Shown piece by piece: positions 33,973 through 43,926 of a stretch of DNA of 64,000 nucleotides. The stretch is from Elusimicrobiota bacterium. GTDB lineage: Bacteria; Elusimicrobiota; Endomicrobiia; Endomicrobiales; JBDRNC01. Both the position numbers and the translations under genes were made by a program. The notes under the pieces are model-generated. The model saw nothing but the letters and a program-made list of their open reading frames with translations, had not been told where the DNA came from and did no database searches. Each line of letters opens with the position of its first letter. The first letter of the stretch is position 1. The stretch covers positions 63,697 to 127,696 of the forward strand of contig JBDRNC010000012.1 in assembly GCA_043811535.1 (NCBI GenBank), in the 5' to 3' direction.

Positions 33973-36363
33973 TCACATTCTCACCACGACGGCGTGTTCC
34001 TTGCCGTCTTTGAAAGCTGGGATTATGTTTGAATCGAATAATTTTCCGTCAAGGAATATCTCTTTCTTGCCGGCCGCGCTGCGCACGACTTTGATGTTGT
34101 ACACCGTTCCCCTGTACACGCGTTTCATCTCGTAGCCGGGCCAGTGTTTCGGTATGCACGGGTCAACCAGCAGGCCGTCGTAGGTGGGTCTCACGCCTAG
34201 AAGGTATTCCGTCGCTATCCTGAAATACCACGCCGATGAGCCCGTATAGAAAGTCCAACTGCCGCGCCCGAAATTGGGAGAATCAGGCCCGTCTACGTTT
34301 CCCGGAGTGACGTATGGTTCCGCCTGGTACAAATCCGGTTCCATCCCCCTGTAAGGAGGGCAGAAACTCTTGTAAACCTGCCATGCTTTATCGTTCCTCT
34401 TGACAACGCACTCCGACCAGACGCCCCACGTGCCGGCGTGCGTATAAAGGCCGCCATTTTCCCTCGCGCCCGGAGCGTAGCGCGTCAGATAGCCGATCTC
34501 TTCGTCCACTTTACTGTACGCGGGATATAGAAGAAGCGGCCCGTATTCCCTGAACAGGTATTTATCAAGAGACTTCAGTACTTTCGGCAGGCGATCGGGC
34601 GTCACGATATTGTTAATGATCGCCCACGTCTGCGCGTTGAGGAATATCTTGCCGTCGGTGTTCTTTTTGCTGCCTATAGGCTTGCCGTTGTCCTTTGTGG
34701 CGCGGATATACCACTCGCCGTCCCAGAAATTCCTGTTTATGCTCTTGCGCATTTTCTCCGCAGCTTTCGCGTACTTCGCCGCGACCTTTTTATTGCCGCC
34801 CGGCCTGCGGTTCTCCATCTCCGCCCAGTTCTCAAGTATCCCTACGAGGAAATGCCCAAGCCACACGCTTTCGGAATTCAGTTTACTGCCGATAGTGGAT
34901 AGTCCGTCATTCCAGTCGCCGGCGCCCATCAGCGGTACTCCGCGCCTGCTGATCCTCGTCCAGAATGAATCTATAGCACGGCGGCAGTGCTCATAAATCG
35001 AGCCGGCTTTCTTTGATTTCTTCCCGTTCTCCTCAAGGTAATTGACCCTATCCTTGAGCAGCGCGAAATCCTGCGTTTCTTTCAGGTAGTTGAGTGTGAC
35101 AAAAGGCAGCCACAGCAGGTCGTCGTTATATTTCTTCCTCGCGCCTTCTTCCGTTATCGGGTGCCACCAGTGGTATGTCGTTCCGTCAAGGAATTGATGA
35201 GCGGCGTGAAGTTTTATCTGCTTTTTCGTGTATTCAGGGGCCAGCGGAAGGAATACCTGGCTGTCCTGCAGCTGGTCGCGGTAGCCGTACGCGCCGCCTG
35301 TCTGGTAATAAGCGGTCCTGCCCCAGATGCGGGCCGATAGGCTCTGGTACTTGAGCCAGTAGTTGTTCATTATGTTGAAAGCGTCGTCCGGCGTCTGCAC
35401 GTGCAAAGGCGAAATGAACGCGTCCCAAAATTTCTGCGTCTCGTCCCACGCTTTCTTTACTTCTCCAAAGCTGTGGTATTTCTTTGAAAGGCGGACTGCC
35501 TCAATCTTTGTTTCCGCCGCGCCTATCGTGAAGATTATTTCCTTCGACTGGCCCGGGTTCAGTTCAACCGGGACCTGAAGCGACGCCATGCCGTCCTGGA
35601 ATTTTCCGGCGTGATTAGACAGTTTAGGGTTCCCCATCGCGGCCGGGTTATCCATCGAGCGGAACTGCCCGAGGAATTTTTCCTTGTCCGTCTCGTAGGA
35701 AACAGGTTTAACATTCGCGGCATGGAATGCGCAGAAGTCCCAGTTCCTGTTCCATGACTGGCCTTTATCATTATTTATGCACCAGAGGCGTTTTGTCGCA
35801 AGTACCGCCTGCGCCGGCGCGGAGTACTCGGTTTCAATGAAGAGTTTGTGGAATTCCCTGTGCGAATCCGGCGCCGTGCCGAGGCACCATTCAAGATACG
35901 AAAAAACGCTCAGCATCCTTTTTTTGCCGGAATTGTTTTTTAGCACGACTTTCCAGATCTCAATATGCTCCGCGGGCGGGACAAAAACCATAAGCTCGCT
36001 TTTTATCCCTTCGTTCTCGGACGCTATGACGGAATATCCAATGCCATGCCGGCATTCGTATGAAACCGGCTGTCTCCTGACCGGCTGATACGCGAGCGAC
36101 CAGAATTTACCCGACTGTTCGTCGCGGCAGTAAAAGTACTTGCCCTGGTCATCCTTTATTATGTCCTGGTCCCAGCGCGTCACACGGTTGATGCCGGCGT
36201 TGGTTCTCCATGAATAGCCTGAACCGGCATTCGACAGCGTGAGGCCGTAGTCTCCCGTGCATATCACGTTGCACCAAGGCTTAGGCGTCATTGGCGTTGT
36301 GATTACGTACTCTTTCCCGTTCTTGTCGAAATAGCCGTACTTGGTCTGGAATTTCCTGTCCAT
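33973..36363 (-). CDS. GH94 glycoside phosphorylase, Cgs C-terminal-like subtype (cytoplasmic)
   Basis: TPKPWCNVI, YQTGGAYGYRDQLQD, HWWHP, DDLLWLP, GDWNDG, RENGGLYTHA, EPYV, GRGSWTFYTGS; no signal peptide. Confidence 0.92.
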   Translation of the reverse strand: MDRKFQTKYGYFDKNGKEYVITTPMTPKPWCNVICTGDYGLTLSNAGSGYSWRTNAGINRVTRWDQDIIKDDQGKYFYCRDEQSGKFWSLAYQPVRRQPVSYECRHGIGYSVIASENEGIKSELMVFVPPAEHIEIWKVVLKNNSGKKRMLSVFSYLEWCLGTAPDSHREFHKLFIETEYSAPAQAVLATKRLWCINNDKGQSWNRNWDFCAFHAANVKPVSYETDKEKFLGQFRSMDNPAAMGNPKLSNHAGKFQDGMASLQVPVELNPGQSKEIIFTIGAAETKIEAVRLSKKYHSFGEVKKAWDETQKFWDAFISPLHVQTPDDAFNIMNNYWLKYQSLSARIWGRTAYYQTGGAYGYRDQLQDSQVFLPLAPEYTKKQIKLHAAHQFLDGTTYHWWHPITEEGARKKYNDDLLWLPFVTLNYLKETQDFALLKDRVNYLEENGKKSKKAGSIYEHCRRAIDSFWTRISRRGVPLMGAGDWNDGLSTIGSKLNSESVWLGHFLVGILENWAEMENRRPGGNKKVAAKYAKAAEKMRKSINRNFWDGEWYIRATKDNGKPIGSKKNTDGKIFLNAQTWAIINNIVTPDRLPKVLKSLDKYLFREYGPLLLYPAYSKVDEEIGYLTRYAPGARENGGLYTHAGTWGVWSECVVKRNDKAWQVYKSFCPPYRGMEPDLYQAEPYVTPGNVDGPDSPNFGRGSWTFYTGSSAWYFRIATEYLLGVRPTYDGLLVDPCIPKHWPGYEMKRVYRGTVYNIKVVRSAAGKKEIFLDGKLFDSNIIPAFKDGKEHAVVVRM

Positions 36364-36410
36364 CTCTTTTGATCCTCCCGGTGATTTATTGTTCTTTTAC
36401 TGATATTCCT

Positions 36411-36597
36411 TAAATTCAAATGACAAAGCACAAATGATCCGACTTTGCATGCGACCATCTGCTATTTATTTAACCGAAGTCCCTCTTTCGGGGAGACTCC
36501 ATTGAAAATAATAATGAAATCGCAAAATATAACACCAATATTAAAGCACAAAACTTTTGAATTTTAATATTTTAATTTATTTGTCATTTGGATTTTG
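36411..36597. repeat. Degenerate AT-rich heptamer inverted array with a nested palindrome remnant
   Basis: AAATTCA-AATGACA-AAGCACA-AATGA ... TTTGTCA-TTTGGAT-TTTG; 36476-36503 on the minus strand reads CAATGGAGTCTCCCGAAAGAGGGACTTC, similar to the 12098 left end. Confidence 0.6.
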
Positions 36598-38274
36598 TTA
36601 TTTGTAATTATATTTTTTAAGGTTCATCGGGTTAAATTGGTTTTTCGCGAAAATATACCACGCGGCGCATGACGCAAAACCGCGGTCAAACTTGAGCCAT
36701 TCAAACCCGCCCTGCAGGTTGAGCGCGTAGGGGATCCCTTTTGTCTCGACGCCGTTTATTTCCCTGTCAATTAATAGGTTGTCCATCTGGTTGGCGTAGA
36801 AGAAAGCGCGTTTCGGCTCGCCTGCCTCGTAGAGCGCGCAGGCCATGTGGCCCATGCCGTCAACCCATATGTTATTGATCTCTTCCGAGGCGCTGTGCCA
36901 CACGCCCTTGACCTTTTTCCCGAAGAAATCCACGGTTTTCTGGTAGCGCAGGTCCGTGTCGGGGAAAGAGATCATTTTCTTATATCCCCTGCCGAACGCC
37001 ATGACGCGCCAGGTGTAGAGGTCGAGCGGCATCCCGCGGTTTTCGCCAAGCTGGAGGTCAAGCCATTTCTTTATCTCTTTAGCCGTTTGCTTTTCTCCGT
37101 AAAGCTTCATGACCGCGTAGGCGTCTATGTTGCCCTCGGCGTGTCCGTAGTCCTCGTGCAGTTTTGAATCGCCCTGTCTCCACCCGTGCTGGATGTAACC
37201 GCCGTCCTTGGCGGGCTTGTACCATGACAGGAGAAGGTCCATGATAAGCCCCTGTATCTTCTCGTAGCGGTCCGATTTATACTCTTCCTCGTAATACTTG
37301 TACGCGTACAAGAGCCATACCATATCCCCCATCCACCTGTCGGCGGCGCCGTCATCGTGGTAAGCGGGAATCCTGCCGTCGCGAATCAGCACTTGCTGAA
37401 AGAATCCGCGAGCCTCTCCTTTGTAGAAGAAATTCTGCAGTTTCGGGTCGTCATTATCCTCTTTCACTGCGTTCGCGTAAAAATCAAGTATCCTCTCGGC
37501 CCTTTCCCTTTCTCCTTTCAGTATAAAAGCCATCGCGACAAGAGAATGATTGAACGTCTGGACCTGGCTGTCCTCAACGTCATTCGAAGGAACCATCCAT
37601 TTTTCCTTGGACGCGTTGTCCTGGACGGCCTTGAGCCATTCAAGCACAAGCGGGTTCTCCGGCGCCAGTTTTTCGTCGCGGCGCGCTTCAAAACCGTAGC
37701 CCTTCTTGTCCCAGTTCGGATCGAGTATCACCCCTCCGCCGACAAAAGAGGATTCCATCCCTTTTTTGCCTATGCCTATCTCGTCAAGCCATATAATGCC
37801 GCCTGACGGGGAACCGGAAAAACCTATGCAGAAATTTTTCATCTTGCCGAATTTGCCGTCGCCGCCCCATCCGTAATCCAGATCCTTCAAATATACCACT
37901 AACCGCGTCCAGTCCTTGTATTTTCCCTTAAGGCCTATTTTCTTGAAGAACTGCGACCCGTCGCTGTCTATGAACTTTATCTCCATATCAGATACCGCTT
38001 CCGCCTTTATCTTGAACACTATCGGAAACGAAGTATCGAACCTGCCCTTTATTTCCTTCCACATCACGACATAACCGTAATCCTGTTTGACGAGCTCGTA
38101 ATCAAGCTGCAGCCCGTCCCCGTTGTCGCCTTCAAAACTGTTAATCGTCATCTTACTTATTCCGTCGTTTTCCGTAACGGCCCAGTTTGAAGGGTTGTCC
38201 CACTCTCCCGCCGCCGAAAAAGACGCTGTTAAGCATAACGCCGCCGCAAAAATCGCTGTCAAAACTCTGTTCAT
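36598..38274 (-). CDS. Secreted CBM11-like + putative (alpha/alpha)6 glycoside-hydrolase-like protein of unknown family
   Basis: Signal peptide; LQLDY...IKFIDSDG...W...WLDEI module; helical C-domain with TFNHSLVAMAF..ERAERILDF, WMGDMVW, EGNIDAY, WVDGMG. Confidence 0.55.
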   Translation of the reverse strand: MNRVLTAIFAAALCLTASFSAAGEWDNPSNWAVTENDGISKMTINSFEGDNGDGLQLDYELVKQDYGYVVMWKEIKGRFDTSFPIVFKIKAEAVSDMEIKFIDSDGSQFFKKIGLKGKYKDWTRLVVYLKDLDYGWGGDGKFGKMKNFCIGFSGSPSGGIIWLDEIGIGKKGMESSFVGGGVILDPNWDKKGYGFEARRDEKLAPENPLVLEWLKAVQDNASKEKWMVPSNDVEDSQVQTFNHSLVAMAFILKGERERAERILDFYANAVKEDNDDPKLQNFFYKGEARGFFQQVLIRDGRIPAYHDDGAADRWMGDMVWLLYAYKYYEEEYKSDRYEKIQGLIMDLLLSWYKPAKDGGYIQHGWRQGDSKLHEDYGHAEGNIDAYAVMKLYGEKQTAKEIKKWLDLQLGENRGMPLDLYTWRVMAFGRGYKKMISFPDTDLRYQKTVDFFGKKVKGVWHSASEEINNIWVDGMGHMACALYEAGEPKRAFFYANQMDNLLIDREINGVETKGIPYALNLQGGFEWLKFDRGFASCAAWYIFAKNQFNPMNLKKYNYK

Positions 38275-41200
38275 TTATTTCCTCTCCAGTACGGCGGTTA
38301 TTTCAGCGGGAAGCTTGTCAAAAACAATCATGCCGTCCGCGGATACTTTCACCGATTGACCGTTTATTTTTAATTCCTTTACTTTTTTGATGTCAGAAAG
38401 CACGAAAACAAATCCTTTCGGAGGGTTTGCATCGCCTGAAACCGACGCCTGAAACACTTTTCCGCCGATTCTCGCGGAATAGCTGACCGCGCCCCAGTAT
38501 GTCGGCATTTCCTTGACGCTCACGCCGTCTTTTGACCGGAGCCACGCGATATCAACTCCTTTCGCAAGCTCAAGCGTGTCCTTGTTCTCGTATATGAACA
38601 GGCTGCGTATCGTGCTGACTACTTCCGCGCTTATCCATGTATGCGGCATGTCGCCGATGTACTGCGGATGCCTGTAATTGTCGAAAACCACTTCCGCGAG
38701 CTCGTTCCACGCGCGCGGGCGCGAGGCGGAGACGAAATGCCTGACCATCGCAAGCGCTTTGTCCTTCTGTCCCATTATAAGGAACGAAAGCGCGTTCCTC
38801 TGTTCGTAAGGCGTGTAGCCGCCTTTCCAGTTGGACTTAAGTTTCGGCATAAAAGTGTCTTTGTAGTACTTATTGAACGTGGTTTCCGTCTGCGGGTGCG
38901 GCATGTTTTCCAATTCATCGCACGGGAATATCCCGATAGACGTGGACGTCGGGTCGAAATCCCCGTAATCCGCGGAGGCCGGGAGCGTGTCAAGATCCTT
39001 GAGTTTCATTACCAGGTACATCGAGTTGTAGAACGTTTTCTGGAGATCCTGCGCTTGTCCGTCGGCCCATTTGGCCACCTTTGAATCTCCTATGATGCCT
39101 GCCATTTCGGCTCCGTCTTTCCAGCCTTTAAGCGTGAAAAAATCGTCCCAGTAGCTGTGCACCGCAGGGAAATATCCTTCATGGCTGTTCGATTCCGGCA
39201 CTAGCCCGTAATATTTTTTCTTGTCATCAGGACCGTCCTTGAATTCCGCCGTAAGGCGCTTGTTCCTGAGCGCCGCAATGTATTCAAGCGACTTCTTCGC
39301 CGCCGGCATGTAATCCTTGAGCATCTTTTTGTCATGGGTAAAACGGTAGCATTCCATTATCGCGTATACGAACTCGCCCTGGCTGTCGTATTCCGTCCAG
39401 CCCTTCGCCCAGTCGGGCATTTTGTTCACTTCGATCATGAACGGGACAAAACCGTCGGGTTTCTGCATCGTGACCATGTAATCAACGTATTCCCTGGCCT
39501 CGGCGGCGAAGCCCGATCTCAGAAGCGCCGCGTTGATTATCGCGCCGTCGCGCATCCATGAACGCTGGTAGTTGCGGGGGCCGGGCTGAACAAGAGGCCC
39601 GTCGCGGTTTATTAGTATGTACGCAAGGTGCGTCTTCATCGCGTCTATTATTCCCTGTTCGGGTATCTTTATTTGCACCGTTTTCAGGCGGGTTTCCCAT
39701 GCCCTGATATTATCGGTGAGTATTTCATCAAAAAACTCGCTCATCGGCTTGTCACCTGGCGGCAGGCCGTATTCGCTTTCTTTGCCCATGGGCACGTAGA
39801 AAAAATATTCCTGAACCTGACCGGAGGGTATCGTGAAATCGTATTCAAGGGCTCCGGATGCGTATTTTCTCGCGTCAGACACCTCCGCAGCGGCCGGCAA
39901 TTCCCCCGATTGAAGCGTTTCCACTATTTCACCGTCTTCCGTCTTCTGCGCGCCGAAACCGGATGGCTCGCTGAACGACACTATCCCCGCTGCTTCGTTG
40001 ACAAAAACCGTCGCGAACAGCGTTTTGTCATATCTTAAACTTTTAATCTCGGAAAGCCCGCCGTACTGCCAGGGCGGATTTATCTGAAAAGGCCTGATCG
40101 CGACAAATAATTTGCCTGAGACTTCGTAAGGAGAGATGTTCTCTATCGAGTACCTCACGTAGCTTCCGGATTTTCCGGTTTCTCCGGCGGCAAATATCTT
40201 CTGGTTGAATACGAGGTTTTTAGCTTCCCATGTAACGGCAGGAATCGGCAGGTATCCTTTCTCAAGGCTCTGGGTGACGTCAACCTGCTCATAGGAGATC
40301 AGAGAATTGTTCGTATAGATGAACGGCTGTATTGAAAAACTGTGAAAAAACGGCTCGATGCCGCCGTCTTCGCTGAAAAGCGTTTCGTTTGAGTCCTTAT
40401 CAACGCCGACAACTGTCCAGTAAGTCTGCTGCTTCACAAGCCATCTCGGATAATATCCCTTCACGGACTCCATCGCCGCGAGCTCGAACATTCTCTGCGG
40501 AGTCGCCGCTTCGTCCGGGCCTTTAAGCATCATTTCCTTTAATTCGAATCCGGCGCCGCTGCTCTTTTTCGCGACTATCTTGACACCGTCTATGCGGCTC
40601 TTATCTATATAAATAAGGTCTTTCCCGCCGTTGCCTTTGGCCGTTGAATATATTTGCTGCCACTCGGAATCTTTCAGGCCTAATATTTCGTACTCTCTGG
40701 GAAAATTCTTGCCCCAGTAAAGTTCGAAGCCGCCGACTTCCTTTGCGGTTTTCAGGACTATAGAAAGCCATTCCTCTTTCCCGTTCCCGCTTTTCCAGGA
40801 AGCGTTAAAACTCCCGTCCATGACTTTGTCAGGCGTTGAATCTCCTGCTTTTGAAGACGCTTTGAATTCCGGAGCTTCCTCGAACCCTTTAACTTTCAAT
40901 TCCCATATCGAATAGCCCCAGGAAGTCCCTCTTTCCTTGCCTAATATCCTTAAAAATCTCGTCTTTGTCTTTGCGAAGAATATATCATCGGTGGAACCGT
41001 CGCCGTCAACAACCGTGTAAACGGTTTTCCATTTCGATCCGTTCTGCGACACCTGCACGTCGTATGTTTTTCCGTAGGCCGCTTCCCAGTTTATCAGGAT
41101 ACCGCAGATCTCTTTGGGGTTGCCGAAATCGAGCTGCAGCCACTGCGGGTCGGCAAACTGGCTGGCCCACCTTGTCTGCATGTTCCCGTCCGCGGCGTTC

Positions 41201-41322
41201 CCGGGTTTTGTCAAATCTTTCTCAAACGACGAAGCCGTTACTTTTAATCCTGCCTGGTCAGCCGTAAAAGAAACCGCCGGAATTGACAGCAGCATAGCAC
41301 AGATTAAAATGTTCTTTTTCAT
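38275..41322 (-). CDS. Secreted 2x F5/8 type C + (alpha/alpha)6 glycoside-hydrolase-like protein
   Basis: AADGNMQTRWAS..DPQWL; QQTYWTVVG, RPFQINPPWQ, YQRSWMRDG, EYDSQGE, ESNSHEGY, HSYWDDFF, YIGDMPHTW. Confidence 0.82.
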   Translation of the reverse strand: MKKNILICAMLLSIPAVSFTADQAGLKVTASSFEKDLTKPGNAADGNMQTRWASQFADPQWLQLDFGNPKEICGILINWEAAYGKTYDVQVSQNGSKWKTVYTVVDGDGSTDDIFFAKTKTRFLRILGKERGTSWGYSIWELKVKGFEEAPEFKASSKAGDSTPDKVMDGSFNASWKSGNGKEEWLSIVLKTAKEVGGFELYWGKNFPREYEILGLKDSEWQQIYSTAKGNGGKDLIYIDKSRIDGVKIVAKKSSGAGFELKEMMLKGPDEAATPQRMFELAAMESVKGYYPRWLVKQQTYWTVVGVDKDSNETLFSEDGGIEPFFHSFSIQPFIYTNNSLISYEQVDVTQSLEKGYLPIPAVTWEAKNLVFNQKIFAAGETGKSGSYVRYSIENISPYEVSGKLFVAIRPFQINPPWQYGGLSEIKSLRYDKTLFATVFVNEAAGIVSFSEPSGFGAQKTEDGEIVETLQSGELPAAAEVSDARKYASGALEYDFTIPSGQVQEYFFYVPMGKESEYGLPPGDKPMSEFFDEILTDNIRAWETRLKTVQIKIPEQGIIDAMKTHLAYILINRDGPLVQPGPRNYQRSWMRDGAIINAALLRSGFAAEAREYVDYMVTMQKPDGFVPFMIEVNKMPDWAKGWTEYDSQGEFVYAIMECYRFTHDKKMLKDYMPAAKKSLEYIAALRNKRLTAEFKDGPDDKKKYYGLVPESNSHEGYFPAVHSYWDDFFTLKGWKDGAEMAGIIGDSKVAKWADGQAQDLQKTFYNSMYLVMKLKDLDTLPASADYGDFDPTSTSIGIFPCDELENMPHPQTETTFNKYYKDTFMPKLKSNWKGGYTPYEQRNALSFLIMGQKDKALAMVRHFVSASRPRAWNELAEVVFDNYRHPQYIGDMPHTWISAEVVSTIRSLFIYENKDTLELAKGVDIAWLRSKDGVSVKEMPTYWGAVSYSARIGGKVFQASVSGDANPPKGFVFVLSDIKKVKELKINGQSVKVSADGMIVFDKLPAEITAVLERK

Positions 41323-41344
41323 TTTTTCCTTTCTTTATATTGTT

Positions 41345-41420
41345 GTCATTCCCGCGGATCGATAGCGGGAATCCATTTATGATTTAACATGGATCACCGA
41401 TTAAGACTTTCGGGGATGAC
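41345..41420 (+). repeat. REP-like palindromic element GTCATTCCCGC...GGGGATGAC (copy 1)
   Basis: GTCATTCCCGC-ggatcgata-GCGGGAATCCA ... TGGATCACCGA-ttaagactt-TCGGGGATGAC. Confidence 0.8.
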
Positions 41421-41445
41421 TTTGTTGAAATTATTTTCAACAAAG

Positions 41446-43815
41446 TTATTTCACAACTATCGTCTGTTCTTCGCCGGTCAGGACAATATTCAGCCTGAGC
41501 CTGCCCGCGGCGCTTTTCGTTTTTGCCTTTTTCCCGTCAACACTCGCGCCCCTGCATGCGGTGACAAGCTCCATCTCTCCCGCGGCGCCGCGCGCTCCGG
41601 AAACCTTAAAAATCTTTTGTTTTCCCTTTTCCTTTATGCTCAGTATTTCGAAAGTCGAATAACGTATTTTGTCGCCGGACGCCAGCGGCGCGTTCAGCGG
41701 CAGCATGTATGCTTTCCTGTTGGGCATCTTTATCGTTCCCTCCTGCGGAAAAACCGTCGCTTTGGTTTCGCCCGGCAAGGCCATCCTGACCTTTGTTTCT
41801 TTCGGCTCGTCGTGGTAGTTCGCGAGGAACAGGAAACCGTAAGTTTTGTCCGCGCGAAGCATGACATTAACGTCGCGCGCGACTTCTACGGCAGGTTTCA
41901 CGCCGGCCTTTATCGCGAATTCATTGATCAGGTCAATTGAATAGTCGAACATGTGATTGATGCCGGCGCCTATGAGCAAGACCTTCCCGCTATCCTTCTT
42001 TATCTCAAGCAGGCACGGCTTCTGCTTCAGGGAGACGCCGATAACACTTGCGTCTTTCGGCGCGGCGTACTGGTTAAGTTCGCCCGTGGCCAGGTAGTCC
42101 TGCTTGCCTATATAGAAGAACATGTTACGGGTCAGTTTTTCCTCAAGTTTAGTTCCGATATAATCGGCAAGGACGGCACATTTATCCATGTTTAGGTTCT
42201 TTTCGGGCAGGGCCGGATTCAGTATAAGTGTCCCGCCGTTCCTGACGTATTCCGTGAGTTTTTTCTGGGTGTTCTCGTCCATAAAATCAAGCGTGAAGAC
42301 CCATAAAGACCTGTGCTTGAGCAGTTCTTCAACAGACGCTCTCTGTATGTCAACAAAATCGCAGTTGATGTTCGCTATCTGGAGCAGCCTTCCGAGCCCG
42401 TCAAAGTAGAGTTGGGCCTTTGCCCATTCCCAGTGGTCAATTTTCGGACCGCTTAAATATTCCGTAGTGTAGTAGGGCGCGTAGAACCCGAACGCCGTGT
42501 CGTTTTTTTTCTTCGTCTGGCTGAAAAGAACACCGAACGTTTTTACAAACCCGCTGAAATTCACAAAAGCGTCGAAATGAGTGCTTTTTTCGGCTTCCGG
42601 ATTGACAGCGGCCTGCCATTCGTGATAAGTGCCGAACGCCCCGAATCCCGGAACGTTTCTGCCCCCGGAAAACATGTACGCGTTGACTCCGTTTAATCCG
42701 CTCGCCGAAGAGGTTTTCAGGTTAAGTTCGACGTCCTGGTTATAAAGCTTCGGCCTGTCCCGCATTATTCCGGACTGGAGTTCCGCGCAGACAGCAGGTA
42801 TCCCGGGATTCGTAATGAGCCGGACGACCTCGGTGGTAATGGGAACGTCGTGGAAGTTCTCGTAATCCAACCTGCGCATCTGGTACGCGCCCCCGAAAAC
42901 CACGCCCGGCACGTACTTGGGGAATTCGCGGAACATCATTGTAGTCATCGGACTGAATACGCCGCGGCCGCGCACGTCGTAATCGTAGAACTGCGGAATA
43001 TTCGCAAGCACAGGAAGGTCTATGCCCTTTGATTTCATTTGATTGTAGAGGGCATTGAAATATCTTGCGAGGTAATCCTGATAGAAATTCATCCAGTCCC
43101 AAAGCAAATTCATGTTCTGGCTGTCGCTGCCGGAAGGCGGCTGTTCCACCGATGAGAAATCCTTATGATTCGTTCCGTAGGAAGCGTTGAGCTTATTTAT
43201 GTCGCGGTACCTTTGCTTCAGGAACTCCCTGTACATTTCCTCAACGAAGGCACTGTAATCGGCGGCCTTGTTCAGCCAGTGCACCATACCAATCTCATTG
43301 CACAATTGCACGAGGACTATGTTCCCTGCCGGATGCTGGTGCTGCTTGATTATCGGAAGTAATTGATCGTACCATTTTCCCACCATTTTCTGGAACGTCG
43401 GATTCAGGTAGCTGAACAGCGTGACATGCGGAAGATTTATGACCTCTTTTCCGCGGACGAATATCTCGGGATATCTTTCCATCAGCCATGTCGGCACGCC
43501 TTCATTCACCAACTCGCCGTTGGAAACAGGACCGACTCTTGCTATGAACTTCAAACCCGCTTTTTCAACCTCTTTCAGGTACAGATGCAGGTTTCTCTGC
43601 GGGTGGGTCTTGCCTTCAAAGTCAAATATGCCTTCTTCGGGCTGATGCCATATCCACGGGATGTATGAAGAGACCGTGTTCAATCCCGCCTCTTTCGCCC
43701 TGGCCAGATGTTTCGGCCACAGTTTCGGCGGAATGCGGAAATAGTGAATCTCGCCCGAATACATGAAGAATGGCTTGCCGTCAATATAAAACTGCCCGTC
43801 CTTTACTTCAACCAT
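41446..43815 (-). CDS. GH35-like glycoside hydrolase/transglycosylase (cytoplasmic)
   Basis: SGEIHYFRIP..W..L..AK.AGLN.V..YIPW..H.P.EG.FDF; VQLCNE; AELQSG; YMFSGG.N; start moved to ATG 43815 (AAGGAG upstream; upstream MDSRFRGND is translated repeat). Confidence 0.85.
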   Translation of the reverse strand: MVEVKDGQFYIDGKPFFMYSGEIHYFRIPPKLWPKHLARAKEAGLNTVSSYIPWIWHQPEEGIFDFEGKTHPQRNLHLYLKEVEKAGLKFIARVGPVSNGELVNEGVPTWLMERYPEIFVRGKEVINLPHVTLFSYLNPTFQKMVGKWYDQLLPIIKQHQHPAGNIVLVQLCNEIGMVHWLNKAADYSAFVEEMYREFLKQRYRDINKLNASYGTNHKDFSSVEQPPSGSDSQNMNLLWDWMNFYQDYLARYFNALYNQMKSKGIDLPVLANIPQFYDYDVRGRGVFSPMTTMMFREFPKYVPGVVFGGAYQMRRLDYENFHDVPITTEVVRLITNPGIPAVCAELQSGIMRDRPKLYNQDVELNLKTSSASGLNGVNAYMFSGGRNVPGFGAFGTYHEWQAAVNPEAEKSTHFDAFVNFSGFVKTFGVLFSQTKKKNDTAFGFYAPYYTTEYLSGPKIDHWEWAKAQLYFDGLGRLLQIANINCDFVDIQRASVEELLKHRSLWVFTLDFMDENTQKKLTEYVRNGGTLILNPALPEKNLNMDKCAVLADYIGTKLEEKLTRNMFFYIGKQDYLATGELNQYAAPKDASVIGVSLKQKPCLLEIKKDSGKVLLIGAGINHMFDYSIDLINEFAIKAGVKPAVEVARDVNVMLRADKTYGFLFLANYHDEPKETKVRMALPGETKATVFPQEGTIKMPNRKAYMLPLNAPLASGDKIRYSTFEILSIKEKGKQKIFKVSGARGAAGEMELVTACRGASVDGKKAKTKSAAGRLRLNIVLTGEEQTIVVK

Positions 43816-43842
43816 TTGTGCGTACTCCTTGTTATTATGTAT

Positions 43843-43909
43843 GTCATTCCCGCGAAAGCGGGAATCCATTACCACGACTGGATCCCCGATTACAGTCCTC
43901 GGGGATGAC
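43843..43909 (+). repeat. REP-like palindromic element (copy 2)
   Basis: GTCATTCCCGCGAAAGCGGGAATCCA ... TGGATCCCCGA-ttacagtcc-TCGGGGATGAC. Confidence 0.85.
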
Positions 43910-43926
43910 CGAGATGAAACCTACGG

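Noticed and set aside
43816..43875. N-terminal extension MVMDSRFRGND of the GH35
   Set aside because: It is a translation of the REP-like element; a better start with AAGGAG lies at 43815. The longer starts at 3806, 16833, 23937, 46110, 56547 and 62717 were dropped on similar grounds.
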